This document shows positions 1 through 9,732 of a DNA stretch of 64,000 nt, one piece after another; positions within the stretch are counted from its first letter, which is position 1; each line of letters begins with the position of its first letter. Below the pieces are notes generated by a model. It did not search any database and was not told where the DNA came from. It saw nothing but the letters and a program-made list of their open reading frames with translations. The DNA is from Bacteroidota bacterium (lineage in GTDB: Bacteria > Bacteroidota > Bacteroidia > Bacteroidales > WCHB1-69): positions 21,640 to 85,639 of the forward strand of contig WRGQ01000170.1 in assembly GCA_009787115.1 (NCBI GenBank), written 5' to 3'. The translations under genes and the position numbers were made by a program.

Positions 1-1
1 C

Positions 2-1567
2 CGCTATCAGGCATTAGTTTTCGCTAAAAACTACTTAGACTCTTGCGAGCCTAATGCCATTTTCTTTACAATGGGAGATAACGAAACTTTCCCCTTGTGG
101 TACGCCCAGGAGGTGGAAGGATACAGAACCGACGTGCGCGTGTGTAATTTAAGCCTCTTGAATGGAAGTTGGTACGTGGACCAAATGAAACGCAAAGCGT
201 ACAATTCAGACCCGCTTCCTATCTCTATGACCTGGGAACAATACCACGACGGAGTACGCGACCAGATTCTATTGGATGCGGCAGGAAGCCAATTCATTAA
301 TATTAAAGAGGTGATAGAATATATTAAAAGTCCTAAATTCGACAACAAAAGATTTATTGTTTTATTATCGGCAAGTAAAGGTTATAGAACCGACGGCGCT
401 ACCATTCCTGCAAGTTTCTCCATTCCTGTGAATAAAGAAAAAGTATTGGCAAATGGAACCGTGTGTCCGGAAGACGCTGATTTAATTATGGACAAAATAA
501 CCTGGAACAGAAGGAGTAACGATATTAATTATATCAATCGTAGCGAATTGATATTGATGGATATATTAGCCAATTTTAATTGGGACAGACCTCTTTATTT
601 CTCTGTTTCTTCCGGTCCGGATGCCTATTTCGGCTTGGAAGAATATTTTCAGTTAGATGGCTTGGCATATCGCTTAATACCTATTAAGTCTAAAGCAGGA
701 AGAGGATACTTAGATACGGAAAGAGTCAATACGGCTACACTGCCCGACAAATTGATCAATGTTTTCCCGAATCATTCAAGAGTAGATACTGTGAATAATC
801 CCGGAAGAAAACAAAAACCGGTGTATCCATACCTTTGGGGAGGAATTAACGACAAAAGAGTATATAGTCCGGAAGAGAGTTCCAAGTTTTTCGGAAGAGT
901 TAAATCAATATATTTAGGTACTGCTCAACAATTAGCTGCAAAAGGAAATATTGAAAAAGCAGAACAGCTACATGATAAACTCTTAGAAATATTTGATCCG
1001 GAAATAACGCCATACATTTTAATTGGAAATCACACACACAGTATGTATTCCATAATACAGGCAGAGGCATTATTCAAGTTGGGGACAACAACTGCTACGG
1101 AAAAAGCATTAAAAATGATAGAGAGAATATTAGATGAACTAAAAGTAACTTTCGATTGGTTTGAAAAATGCGATGAACGCTCAATGGTGATTCAAGAAGA
1201 GAATATTGATAACTGTATTGCTTATTTATCTCATATTGACAGAGTTATTCCTGATGAACAGCGTTTGTTATTCAAAGATAAATTTGAGCAGTTCAAAATA
1301 ACGAAAACTATAACCAAAATGGCTACACAAACAGGTTATGAAATTGATTATTGCTTCAAAAAAGGAATGGATGGACAACGCGATATGTTTAACAAATTTC
1401 AGCAATTAACTCAATTTGGAGACATTGCAGAAATAACAAACGATAATACTTTACAACACAACATTCTTCGAATAATTGAAACCAAAATTGATATGATTAG
1501 CGCTGCCGACCCGCAATTGGGAAGAATGTTCAGAAATTACTTTCTGCCGGAAAATACCGATAAGTGA
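2..1567 (+). CDS. DUF2723-like membrane glycosyltransferase-family protein, C-terminal part (5' end outside window)
   Basis: The frame is open from nt 2. 'NAIFFTMGDNETFPLWYAQEVEGYRTDVRVCN' resembles the conserved DUF2723 core. Stop TGA at 1565-1567. Confidence 0.55.
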   Translation, partial: RYQALVFAKNYLDSCEPNAIFFTMGDNETFPLWYAQEVEGYRTDVRVCNLSLLNGSWYVDQMKRKAYNSDPLPISMTWEQYHDGVRDQILLDAAGSQFINIKEVIEYIKSPKFDNKRFIVLLSASKGYRTDGATIPASFSIPVNKEKVLANGTVCPEDADLIMDKITWNRRSNDINYINRSELILMDILANFNWDRPLYFSVSSGPDAYFGLEEYFQLDGLAYRLIPIKSKAGRGYLDTERVNTATLPDKLINVFPNHSRVDTVNNPGRKQKPVYPYLWGGINDKRVYSPEESSKFFGRVKSIYLGTAQQLAAKGNIEKAEQLHDKLLEIFDPEITPYILIGNHTHSMYSIIQAEALFKLGTTTATEKALKMIERILDELKVTFDWFEKCDERSMVIQEENIDNCIAYLSHIDRVIPDEQRLLFKDKFEQFKITKTITKMATQTGYEIDYCFKKGMDGQRDMFNKFQQLTQFGDIAEITNDNTLQHNILRIIETKIDMISAADPQLGRMFRNYFLPENTDK

Positions 1568-1588
1568 TAAGTGATAAGTGATAAGTGA
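1561..1588. repeat. Tandem heptamer (TAAGTGA)x4 spanning the stop of the upstream gene
   Basis: Four perfect 7-nt units read directly. The 7-nt period places TAA/TGA in all three frames. Confidence 0.9.
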
Positions 1589-1682
1589 TTAATGGTTATG
1601 GGGTTTCACTTGTCACTTTTCTCTCGTCACATTTGTTACACGTCACTCATAACAAAATAATAATAATAAAAACCATACCCGT

Positions 1683-2276
1683 ATGTACTACTATAAATTT
1701 AAAATTTCTTTTGACGAAGTGGAAGATTTTGAACGTAATATTGAAATTCTGGCTTCCGATAATTTTGAGTCATTTCATCAAATATTGTATGATTCCATAG
1801 GGCTTAAAGGAAACGAGCTGGCGTCGTTTTCAATTTGTGATACCAAGTGGAATAAAAAACAGGAGATTACTCTTATAGATATGTTGGATGACCGTGAGGC
1901 TGAAACTCCGAGTTATGAAGAAGAAGAAGAGTTTTCAACCTCGTCGAATATTCCAAAGTTTATAATGAAAGATGCTGTTCTCAAAGATTTTATTACCGAC
2001 CCCCACCAATATATCATATATGAGTATGATTTTATCAATCCTAAAGTTTTTTACCTTGAATTGCTAAAAGCATTACCGGCAAAAGACAACGAACTGTTTC
2101 CACGCTGTACCTTATCAAAAGGCGTACTGCCAACAACAGAGGAACAATTAAAATCTATTCAACCTGAAGATGATTTTTTGAACGATTTTATTGATGATAT
2201 AGATGAAGATGATTTGGACGAATTTAATGAAGATCAAATTTGGGATGATTCTCAAACAGAATTTGATTCATTTTAA
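1683..2276 (+). CDS. hypothetical protein with highly acidic C-terminal tail
   Basis: 197-aa ORF. The C-terminus is D/E rich (DDIDEDDLDEFNEDQIWDD). I recognised no family with confidence. Confidence 0.5.
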   Translation: MYYYKFKISFDEVEDFERNIEILASDNFESFHQILYDSIGLKGNELASFSICDTKWNKKQEITLIDMLDDREAETPSYEEEEEFSTSSNIPKFIMKDAVLKDFITDPHQYIIYEYDFINPKVFYLELLKALPAKDNELFPRCTLSKGVLPTTEEQLKSIQPEDDFLNDFIDDIDEDDLDEFNEDQIWDDSQTEFDSF

Positions 2277-3174
2277 CTCCTCTAAAAATTAATACGCTTT
2301 CCTGAATTAAATATAAAATCCAAAATACAATAGCGGTAACAGCTACGCTTGCGTGAGGTAATTTGTAAAACATCGGACCTTCTTTGAAGAAAGTGGCGCT
2401 AAGAACAAACGACATGGCTAATACGGCAATGATCAATAATCCCCACCATAATCCCAAATTAAAATCGGCATTATCGTCTATATCTTTTTTAATAATATTT
2501 TTATCCAAAAGTATATAATTACTTTCGTTATATACTTCCGAGAACACCATATAGGGTTTAAAGAAATTATACACGGGGATAAACCATCCTAAATAAGCCC
2601 AGTAAGGGGAAGAACTTTTTTTCATCCAGGGAGATGTAATACGAAGGTTTCTCAGATTTTTATAATTCCATGTGCCGAAAAGAAGGATTTTAGCAACAAA
2701 TAATATGATGGTAAGCCAAAGTGTAACAGAAAAAACATTTTTTGACGATTTTACCTGATTCGTTAAATCATCAAACGGGGTTTTCACCGCTTCAAACAGA
2801 ATATTCTGCAATTGAATTGCATCATCAACTTTTGCCAATTCTGCCTGTTTGCCGGCTAAAGTATTCTCAGTTCTTTCAATTTCTTCCTGATGTTCTTTTA
2901 CTAATTTTCTGTTTTCCGGAACAGGTTGCTGTTTGAGCGTGTTCAATTTGTCGTCATAATAGTCCACTTCGGCTTGGGCTTGGCGTCTTGGTTTTTCAAC
3001 ATCCCGCAGTTCCGATTCTGCTTTTTCATACGCCGGTTTCTCCCTTACTAATTTGACATTTACTTTATCGAAACGAAGTAAACAGAACATAGAAACAATA
3101 AACATACCCAAAATGAGTACGTTGAATAACACGGCAAGTTTGCCGAAAAAAGCGTTGTTTGTGATTTTTTTCAT
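2224..3174 (-). CDS. DUF4328-like integral membrane protein
   Basis: There is an N-terminal TM helix, a coiled-coil segment and C-terminal TM helices. 'WAYLGWFIPVYNFFKPYMVFSEVYNES' resembles the DUF4328 signature. Confidence 0.55.
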   Translation of the reverse strand: MKKITNNAFFGKLAVLFNVLILGMFIVSMFCLLRFDKVNVKLVREKPAYEKAESELRDVEKPRRQAQAEVDYYDDKLNTLKQQPVPENRKLVKEHQEEIERTENTLAGKQAELAKVDDAIQLQNILFEAVKTPFDDLTNQVKSSKNVFSVTLWLTIILFVAKILLFGTWNYKNLRNLRITSPWMKKSSSPYWAYLGWFIPVYNFFKPYMVFSEVYNESNYILLDKNIIKKDIDDNADFNLGLWWGLLIIAVLAMSFVLSATFFKEGPMFYKLPHASVAVTAIVFWILYLIQESVLIFRGVKMNQILFENHPKFDLH

Positions 3175-3238
3175 ATAGTTTTTATTAATTTTTTTCGATT
3201 TTTTTTGGCGAGCAAAAGTAGAAAAATAATTTATATCT

Positions 3239-4387
3239 CTATAAACATTTTTTCAAAATTTCTTCTGCAACATAGCCATCTATATTACCGCGTTCGCCCA
3301 ATCGGGTGCCGCGGCTCAAAAACCTTTCCTTAATAGTGTTAATGGTTTCTTCTCCGATATTTAACTCATGCAGTTTTGTAACCAACCCGATAGCACAAAA
3401 GAACTGTTCGCAGGCATCAATAGTTTTATCAATGCGTTGCTCTTCTGTTCCTTCAAGAATATTAAATACACGTTCGCCAAACTGCAACAGTTTTGCTTTT
3501 TTTTGTTCGCGCATCACCTGCATAGTTCCTTGTAGCACAATAGCGAGGGTTTGTCCGTGAGTAATGCCGTGCAAAGCGGTAATTTCGTGCCCGATGAGGT
3601 GGGTTGCCCAGTCTTCGGTTACACCCATAGCAGTAAATCCGTTCAATGCCATAGTAGCGCACAGCATAAACTCTGCCATCATTTCGTAGTTTGTTTTATC
3701 GGCTTTGATTTTGGGCGCCAGTTCAATCAACGTTTGCATAATCCCTTCCGACCACCGGTCCATTAACGGAGATTCATCGGTTACCGTAAGATACTGTTCT
3801 AACACGTGAATAAAAGTATCGGCAATACCGCACGCAATTTGAAAATCGGGCAGGGAAAAAGTTACCGTAGGGTCTAAAATCGAGAACTGCGGGAAGGAAG
3901 AATAAAATGCGTATTTTTCCTTTTTTTCGGCGTTGGAAATTACGGCGCCGCAGTTCATTTCCGAACCGGTTGCCGGTAACGTAAGTACAGAAGCAAACGG
4001 AACCATTTTTCCAATTTTGGAGGGTTTGAGTACTAAATCCCACGCATCGCCATCATAGGGGATTGCCGCAGAGATGAGTTTTGTGCCGTCAATTACGGAG
4101 CCGCCGCCCACTGCCAAAATGTAGGTAATCTTTTCCTGTTTGCCCAATGCTATTGCTTTGCGCAAAGTCTCCACAGTGGGATTAGGTTCAATGCCCCAGA
4201 ACTCTATGTAGTTAAAGCCTTGTAATGCCCGGCAAACCTGTTCATAAACGCCGTTTTGTTTTACGCTACCGCCGCCGTAAGTAACTAATATCTTTTCATT
4301 TTTTGGTAACTCTTGCGCCAAGTGGGCAATAGTTCCTTTTCCAAAGATTAATTGGGTAGGATTTTGAAATTTGAAATTATTTTTCAT
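3239..4387 (-). CDS. iron-containing (group III) alcohol dehydrogenase, YqhD/BdhA-like
   Basis: 'AVGGGSVIDGTK' is an NAD(P)-binding loop. A His cluster 'THLIGHEITALHGITHG' is typical of Fe-ADH. Length 382 aa. Confidence 0.85.
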   Translation of the reverse strand: MKNNFKFQNPTQLIFGKGTIAHLAQELPKNEKILVTYGGGSVKQNGVYEQVCRALQGFNYIEFWGIEPNPTVETLRKAIALGKQEKITYILAVGGGSVIDGTKLISAAIPYDGDAWDLVLKPSKIGKMVPFASVLTLPATGSEMNCGAVISNAEKKEKYAFYSSFPQFSILDPTVTFSLPDFQIACGIADTFIHVLEQYLTVTDESPLMDRWSEGIMQTLIELAPKIKADKTNYEMMAEFMLCATMALNGFTAMGVTEDWATHLIGHEITALHGITHGQTLAIVLQGTMQVMREQKKAKLLQFGERVFNILEGTEEQRIDKTIDACEQFFCAIGLVTKLHELNIGEETINTIKERFLSRGTRLGERGNIDGYVAEEILKKCL

Positions 4388-4480
4388 TGAAATTAAGATT
4401 TAGATTGGAGTAATTTTTTGGGTGCAAAAATAGTTTTTTTGATTTGTGTATTTTCGCCCCCTCATTAACAAAATTATAAC

Positions 4481-6151
4481 ATGACAAAAAGACACTTAAT
4501 TACTACTGCATTGCCTTACGCCAACGGACCATTACATATCGGACATTTAGCCGGCGTTTATATTCCTGCGGACATCTATTGCCGCTACTTGCGTGCTAAA
4601 GGAGAAGAAGTGCTGTTTATCGGCGGGTCCGATGAACACGGCGTCCCTATTACCATTACTGCACGAAGAGAAAATACTACCCCACAGGCTGTTGTGGACA
4701 GATACCACGAAATGATTAAGAAATCGTTTGAAGAATTAGGAATTACATTCGATATCTACTCCAGAACTACAAATGCTGTACACCACGAAACTGCCTCTGA
4801 TTTTTTTACTAAATTATATCAAACCGGAAAATTAATTGAAAAAACTTCCGAACAATATTATGACGAAGAGGCGGGCGAGTTTTTAGCCGACCGCTATATT
4901 ACCGGAACTTGCCCCCAGTGCGGTAACGAAAACGCCTACGGCGACCAGTGCGAAGCCTGTGGCACATCGTTAAATGCCACCGACCTTATCAATCCTAAAT
5001 CGGTATTAAGTGGAAATGTCCCCGTATTGAAAGCAACCAACCATTGGTATTTGCCGTTAGATCAGTATGAAAATTGGCTGAAAGAGTGGATTTTGGAAGG
5101 GCATAAAGAGGATTGGAAAATCAACGTGTATGGGCAGTGTAAATCGTGGATAGAACAGGGGCTGCAACCTCGTGCCGTTACCCGCGACTTGAACTGGGGT
5201 GTGAAAGTACCTTTGGCAGAAGCCGAAGGAAAAGTGCTGTATGTGTGGTTTGATGCACCTATCGGGTATATTTCCGCTACCAAAGAATGGTGCGCACAAA
5301 ACGGTCAGCATTATGAAAAATGGTGGAAAGATGAGGAAACCCGATTGCTCCATTTCATTGGAAAAGATAACATTGTGTTTCACTGTATCATCTTTCCGGT
5401 AATGTTGAAAGCGGAAGGCACCTTCATCTTGCCCGAAAATGTGCCCGCAAACGAGTTCCTGAATTTGGAAAACAGAAAAATATCTACTTCAAAAAATTAT
5501 GCGGTATGGTTGCACGAATATTTGGAAGATTTTAAAGATAAACAGGATGTGCTGCGTTATACGCTAACTACTATCGCTCCGGAAACTAAAGATGCAGATT
5601 TTACATGGACCGATTTTCAAGCAAAAAATAACAATGAACTGCTGGCGATCTTTGGAAATTTTGTGAATAGAACGGTGGTCTTAATTCACAAATATTATGA
5701 AGGTATTATACCCGAAATGGGTGAATTAACAGAAGATGAAAAAAATATTATTGCTAAAATTGCCGAATTTCCGAACCATATCGGCGCCTCTATTGAGAAA
5801 TTTCGTTTTCGTGAAGCATTAGCGGAATTTATGAATCTGGCACGTTTGGGAAACAAATACTTAACCGACACCGAGCCCTGGAAGGTAGTGAAAACCGACC
5901 CCGAACGCGTAAAAACTATCTTGCACCTCTCTATTCAAATTTGTGCGTGCCTGTCTGTGCTGGGAGAGCCATTCCTGCCGTTCACCTCCGAAAAACTGCA
6001 AAAAATATTGAATATTAACGTTCACGATTGGAATCAAGGCGGAAATATTGATCTGCTGAAAGCCGGACAAAAAATTAACCCGCCCGAATATCTTTTTGAA
6101 AAAATTGAAGATGTTGCCATTGAAATGCAAATCAACAAATTAAAACTATAA
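4481..6151 (+). CDS. metG: methionine--tRNA ligase
   Basis: HIGH motif 'PLHIGHLAG', zinc knuckle '[18 protein letters not shown]', KMSKS variant 'KISTSKN'. Length 556 aa. Confidence 0.95.
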   Translation: MTKRHLITTALPYANGPLHIGHLAGVYIPADIYCRYLRAKGEEVLFIGGSDEHGVPITITARRENTTPQAVVDRYHEMIKKSFEELGITFDIYSRTTNAVHHETASDFFTKLYQTGKLIEKTSEQYYDEEAGEFLADRYITGTCPQCGNENAYGDQCEACGTSLNATDLINPKSVLSGNVPVLKATNHWYLPLDQYENWLKEWILEGHKEDWKINVYGQCKSWIEQGLQPRAVTRDLNWGVKVPLAEAEGKVLYVWFDAPIGYISATKEWCAQNGQHYEKWWKDEETRLLHFIGKDNIVFHCIIFPVMLKAEGTFILPENVPANEFLNLENRKISTSKNYAVWLHEYLEDFKDKQDVLRYTLTTIAPETKDADFTWTDFQAKNNNELLAIFGNFVNRTVVLIHKYYEGIIPEMGELTEDEKNIIAKIAEFPNHIGASIEKFRFREALAEFMNLARLGNKYLTDTEPWKVVKTDPERVKTILHLSIQICACLSVLGEPFLPFTSEKLQKILNINVHDWNQGGNIDLLKAGQKINPPEYLFEKIEDVAIEMQINKLKL

Positions 6152-6165
6152 AAAATTAAAAAATT

Positions 6166-6747
6166 ATGAAACATTTTAAAAGCAAGATCATCTTTGTTTT
6201 AGCACTCACACTGCTGGCATCAACCTGCGAACCAAAACCGGGTGAAACAAAAAACATTATTACTGTAATAACAGCCGCTATAAAAAATGTAACATTGGAG
6301 GTGAAAGGTAGCGGTGATATGACTATTGACTGGGGCGATGGAAGCGCCATTGATACAGTTACACTTTCCGATACGACGATAATATCCCGTCATCACGACT
6401 ACGCATACGAAAAAGCCAATAAAATAACCATTACGGGAAATGTAACTTATTTGTATTCAAATTATAATAATGTAACAAATTTGGATATTACCAAAACAAC
6501 CGTGATAACAACATTATATTGCGGCAATAACAGGATATCTTCTTTAGATGCCGGTAAATGCAAAGCGCTAAAATATTTGGATTGTTCCGATAACAGTTTT
6601 TCTACTACAGCGCTTGATGAGTTGTTTGGAACACTGCCTATGAGCTCTATTGTGAAAACTGTTGAAATATTTTCAAATCCGGGTTGCGAAGATTGCGACA
6701 GAAGCATTGCCCAGAAAAAAGGGTGGTATGTAGGGGATTGCTGGTAG
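6166..6747 (+). CDS. leucine-rich-repeat lipoprotein
   Basis: Signal peptide with Cys ('LLASTC'). Repeated LxxLxCxxNxL-type units ('ITTLYCGNNRISSLDAGKCKALKYLDCSDNSF'). Confidence 0.6.
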   Translation: MKHFKSKIIFVLALTLLASTCEPKPGETKNIITVITAAIKNVTLEVKGSGDMTIDWGDGSAIDTVTLSDTTIISRHHDYAYEKANKITITGNVTYLYSNYNNVTNLDITKTTVITTLYCGNNRISSLDAGKCKALKYLDCSDNSFSTTALDELFGTLPMSSIVKTVEIFSNPGCEDCDRSIAQKKGWYVGDCW

Positions 6748-6906
6748 CGGAAAATTACAAAAAAATAATTTTTTCAATTCGTTAACATTGTCATTGGGCT
6801 TTTTACATGCTTGGCACAAGATATTTTTTCATAGCACCTCAAAAAAAGATTTAACCAATATTTTTAGCCTTACCAAAATTTTGGAAATATTTCTATTTTT
6901 GCCGAG

Positions 6907-8895
6907 ATGAAACCACTTCCTTTAGTACAAATAGACCCCTGGCTGAAGCCTTTCAGTTTTATTTTAAAGCGCCGCGCCGAAAAAGCAAAACTGCGTGAAC
7001 TTGAATTTACCGATGGAAAAGTGGCATTAAAAGAGTTGGCGAACAACCATTTGTATTATGGACTGTTTAAAACGGATACCCATTGGGTTTTTCGGGAAAA
7101 GGCGCCCAATGCAAAACAGATTTTTCTGATGGGCGATTTTTCTTATTGGCAACCCATGGAGCAGTACGCATTGCACCCCATCGGCAATGGCGATTGGGAG
7201 ATTCAACTGCCGCTCGCCTTTTTAAAGCACGGATCGCTGTATAAATTGTGGATGGTGTGGGATAGAGGCGCCGACGAACGGCTGCCTTCGCACGTGCGCC
7301 GGGTAGTACAAGATGAAGTGACTAAGGTTTTCTCTGCTCAGGTCTGGGACCCGGAAAAACCTTACGTTTGGAAAAACCCACAACCCCAAAAACCTGAACA
7401 TCCGCTTATTTACGAAGCACATATCGGTATGTCTTCTCAATATGAAGAAATGAACACTTACTGGCGTTTCAAAGAATATGTACTGCCACGTATTAAAAAA
7501 TTAGGATACAATACGATACAACTGATGGCAATTCAAGAACATCCTTACTACGGCTCGTTCGGATATCAGGTGGCAAACTTTTACGCACCCTCTGCGCGAT
7601 TCGGAACACCCGAAGAGTTGATGGAACTGATTGACACCGCACATGGATTGGGCATTTCCGTCATTTTAGACGTAGTGCACTCTCACTCCGTATCCAATGT
7701 GAAAGAGGGACTTAGCCTCTTTGACGGCAGCGATAACCTGTACTTTCATTCCGGCAACAAAGGTTACCATCCGGTATGGGATTCCAGATGTTTTAACTAT
7801 GGAAAAACCGAAACTGTTCTGTTTCTACTTTCTAATTTGAAATATTGGTTGGAAATTTTTAAGTTTGATGGTTTTCGTTTTGACGGCGTAACCAGTATGA
7901 GTTATTGGAATCACGGTATTGGCGTTGATTTTCTGAATTATAAGCAATATTTTGATGAAAATGTAGATGAAGATGCCATTGTGTATCTTACTCTGGCAAA
8001 TAAGTTAATTAAAGGGGTAAACCCAAATACTTTTACCATTGCGGAAGATGTGAGCGGAATGCCCGGAATGGCGTTTCCCGTTGCAGACGGAGGCATTGGT
8101 TTTGATTTCAGAATGTCTATGGGCATTTCCGATTTCTGGAGCAAACTCATTAAAGAACGTGCCGATGAACAGTGGTCGCCGGGAGAAATCTATTTTAGAT
8201 TGACCGACAAACGCGCAGAAGAGCAAACCGTCAGTTATGCCGAAAGCCACGACCAGGCGATGGTAGGAGATAAAACTATAATTTTCAGATTGATAGACAA
8301 AGAGATGTACACGGATATGTCAGCTATAAGTCAAAACTTAGTAGTAGATCGCGGGATTGCATTACACAAACTTATACGCTTACTCACGCTGTCGCTTGCG
8401 CAAGGAGGCTACCTCAACTTTATGGGCAATGAATTTGGACATCCCGAATGGATTGACTTTCCCCGCGAAGGCAATAACTGGTCGTTTCAATATGCCCGCC
8501 GCCAGTGGAATTTAGTAGATGACGACACGTTGAAATATAAATATTTGAATGATTTTGACGCCGCAATCATCCATTTTGTGGAAAAGCATAAAATATTAGC
8601 AACGCCCCCGCACGTCATTGCACGGGATGAGACCTCAAAAGTGTTAGCCTGTTTGCGCAACGGCGCAATGTTTGTGTATAATCTGCACCCAACAAACTCT
8701 TACACCGATTACGAAATTTATGCTCCGGAAGGCGAATACAAAATTGTGATAAACAGCGATTCAAAAAAGTTTAGCGGTTTTGGAAATATTGATGAAACCA
8801 TTATTTACAAAACGTTTTTAAAAAACGGTACGCCATATTTACGCTTGTATTTACCGGCAAGAACAGGAATGGTGCTTAGTGATTCGATGATTTAA
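6907..8895 (+). CDS. glgB: 1,4-alpha-glucan branching enzyme (GH13, eukaryote-type)
   Basis: GH13 conserved regions 'VILDVVHSH', 'GFRFDGVTSM', 'IAEDVSG' and 'YAESHDQ'. Length 662 aa. Confidence 0.85.
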   Translation: MKPLPLVQIDPWLKPFSFILKRRAEKAKLRELEFTDGKVALKELANNHLYYGLFKTDTHWVFREKAPNAKQIFLMGDFSYWQPMEQYALHPIGNGDWEIQLPLAFLKHGSLYKLWMVWDRGADERLPSHVRRVVQDEVTKVFSAQVWDPEKPYVWKNPQPQKPEHPLIYEAHIGMSSQYEEMNTYWRFKEYVLPRIKKLGYNTIQLMAIQEHPYYGSFGYQVANFYAPSARFGTPEELMELIDTAHGLGISVILDVVHSHSVSNVKEGLSLFDGSDNLYFHSGNKGYHPVWDSRCFNYGKTETVLFLLSNLKYWLEIFKFDGFRFDGVTSMSYWNHGIGVDFLNYKQYFDENVDEDAIVYLTLANKLIKGVNPNTFTIAEDVSGMPGMAFPVADGGIGFDFRMSMGISDFWSKLIKERADEQWSPGEIYFRLTDKRAEEQTVSYAESHDQAMVGDKTIIFRLIDKEMYTDMSAISQNLVVDRGIALHKLIRLLTLSLAQGGYLNFMGNEFGHPEWIDFPREGNNWSFQYARRQWNLVDDDTLKYKYLNDFDAAIIHFVEKHKILATPPHVIARDETSKVLACLRNGAMFVYNLHPTNSYTDYEIYAPEGEYKIVINSDSKKFSGFGNIDETIIYKTFLKNGTPYLRLYLPARTGMVLSDSMI

Positions 8896-9002
8896 GATTT
8901 ATAAGTAAAATAAAACCATTGCAACGGAAATTATCCTTTGAACATTAGTCAACCCCCGATTTGAAACAAAAGACTATTTTTGCCAAAAATTAAAATTTGA
9001 TT

Positions 9003-9713
9003 ATGAAAAAAACATTTTTATTATTGTCTTTTTTATGTTTCTCTGCGAGTGTATTTGCCCAAGACGTTATTATTACCAAAGAAAATGAACGTATTGTAGC
9101 AAAAGTTTTGAAAGTTTATGACGCTGTAGTAAAATACGCACTTTTTAGCGACCCTGATGGAGAAACATTTTTAATTTCCAAAACAAAAATTAATACCATT
9201 CTTTATGAAGATGGCGTAGTGGAAACTTACGATAACACCTCTGCCAACAATGTTGAATCTAAAACGGTTTCCGATAAGACACCGATGCCAATAAATAGTT
9301 CTGAAAAAATATTTCACAATGTTATTAAGTTAAAGCCATTTGCAACCATTGTAGGCTTAATCATCGGTCTTGTGGAGTTTGACATACAATATACGCGTTA
9401 CCTTACAAATAAAGTGGGCATCCCTGTAGAAGTGGATTTGTTCGGAGCCCCGGGTTATGGAATGAGCTTTGCTTTGATGACCGGCATTGAGGCAGTGCCT
9501 GCAACACACCGTCAAAAAAGCGGACTTTTGCTTAACGCTCTTGTAGGAGCAATTGTTTATGATAAAGCAGGGGTGTTAGTAAATGCTAACATTGGATATC
9601 AACTTGTAACCAAAAAAGGGTTCGTATTTGCTACGACTATCGGTCCCATGTACAGTGGATTAACGAACAAGGTAACTGTTAGATTTTCATTAGATTTTGG
9701 AGTTGCATTTTAA
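9003..9713 (+). CDS. hypothetical secreted/outer-membrane protein
   Basis: Signal peptide 'MKKTFLLLSFLCFSASVFAQ'. The C-terminal half is Gly-rich with alternating hydrophobic residues, like a beta-barrel. I prefer the ATG at 9003 over the track's TTG at 8997. Confidence 0.5.
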   Translation: MKKTFLLLSFLCFSASVFAQDVIITKENERIVAKVLKVYDAVVKYALFSDPDGETFLISKTKINTILYEDGVVETYDNTSANNVESKTVSDKTPMPINSSEKIFHNVIKLKPFATIVGLIIGLVEFDIQYTRYLTNKVGIPVEVDLFGAPGYGMSFALMTGIEAVPATHRQKSGLLLNALVGAIVYDKAGVLVNANIGYQLVTKKGFVFATTIGPMYSGLTNKVTVRFSLDFGVAF

Positions 9714-9732
9714 CCGTACAGAAAAACCACTC

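Noticed and set aside
1561-1588. Heptamer arrays as a CRISPR array or mobile-element termini
   Set aside because: The units are only 7 nt, have no spacers, and total under 45 nt. No cas genes or transposase genes occur in the window.
1585-1800. 71-aa ORF overlapping the start of 1683-2276
   Set aside because: It overlaps a longer, better-behaved ORF in another frame and has a hydrophobic, low-complexity translation. It is more likely non-coding leader sequence.
2224-2276. 53-nt convergent overlap between the 3' ends of 1683-2276 (+) and 2224-3174 (-)
   Set aside because: It may be real, or it may reflect an over-extended C-terminus on one gene. I could extract no functional signal from it and could not check conservation, so it is not reported as a finding.
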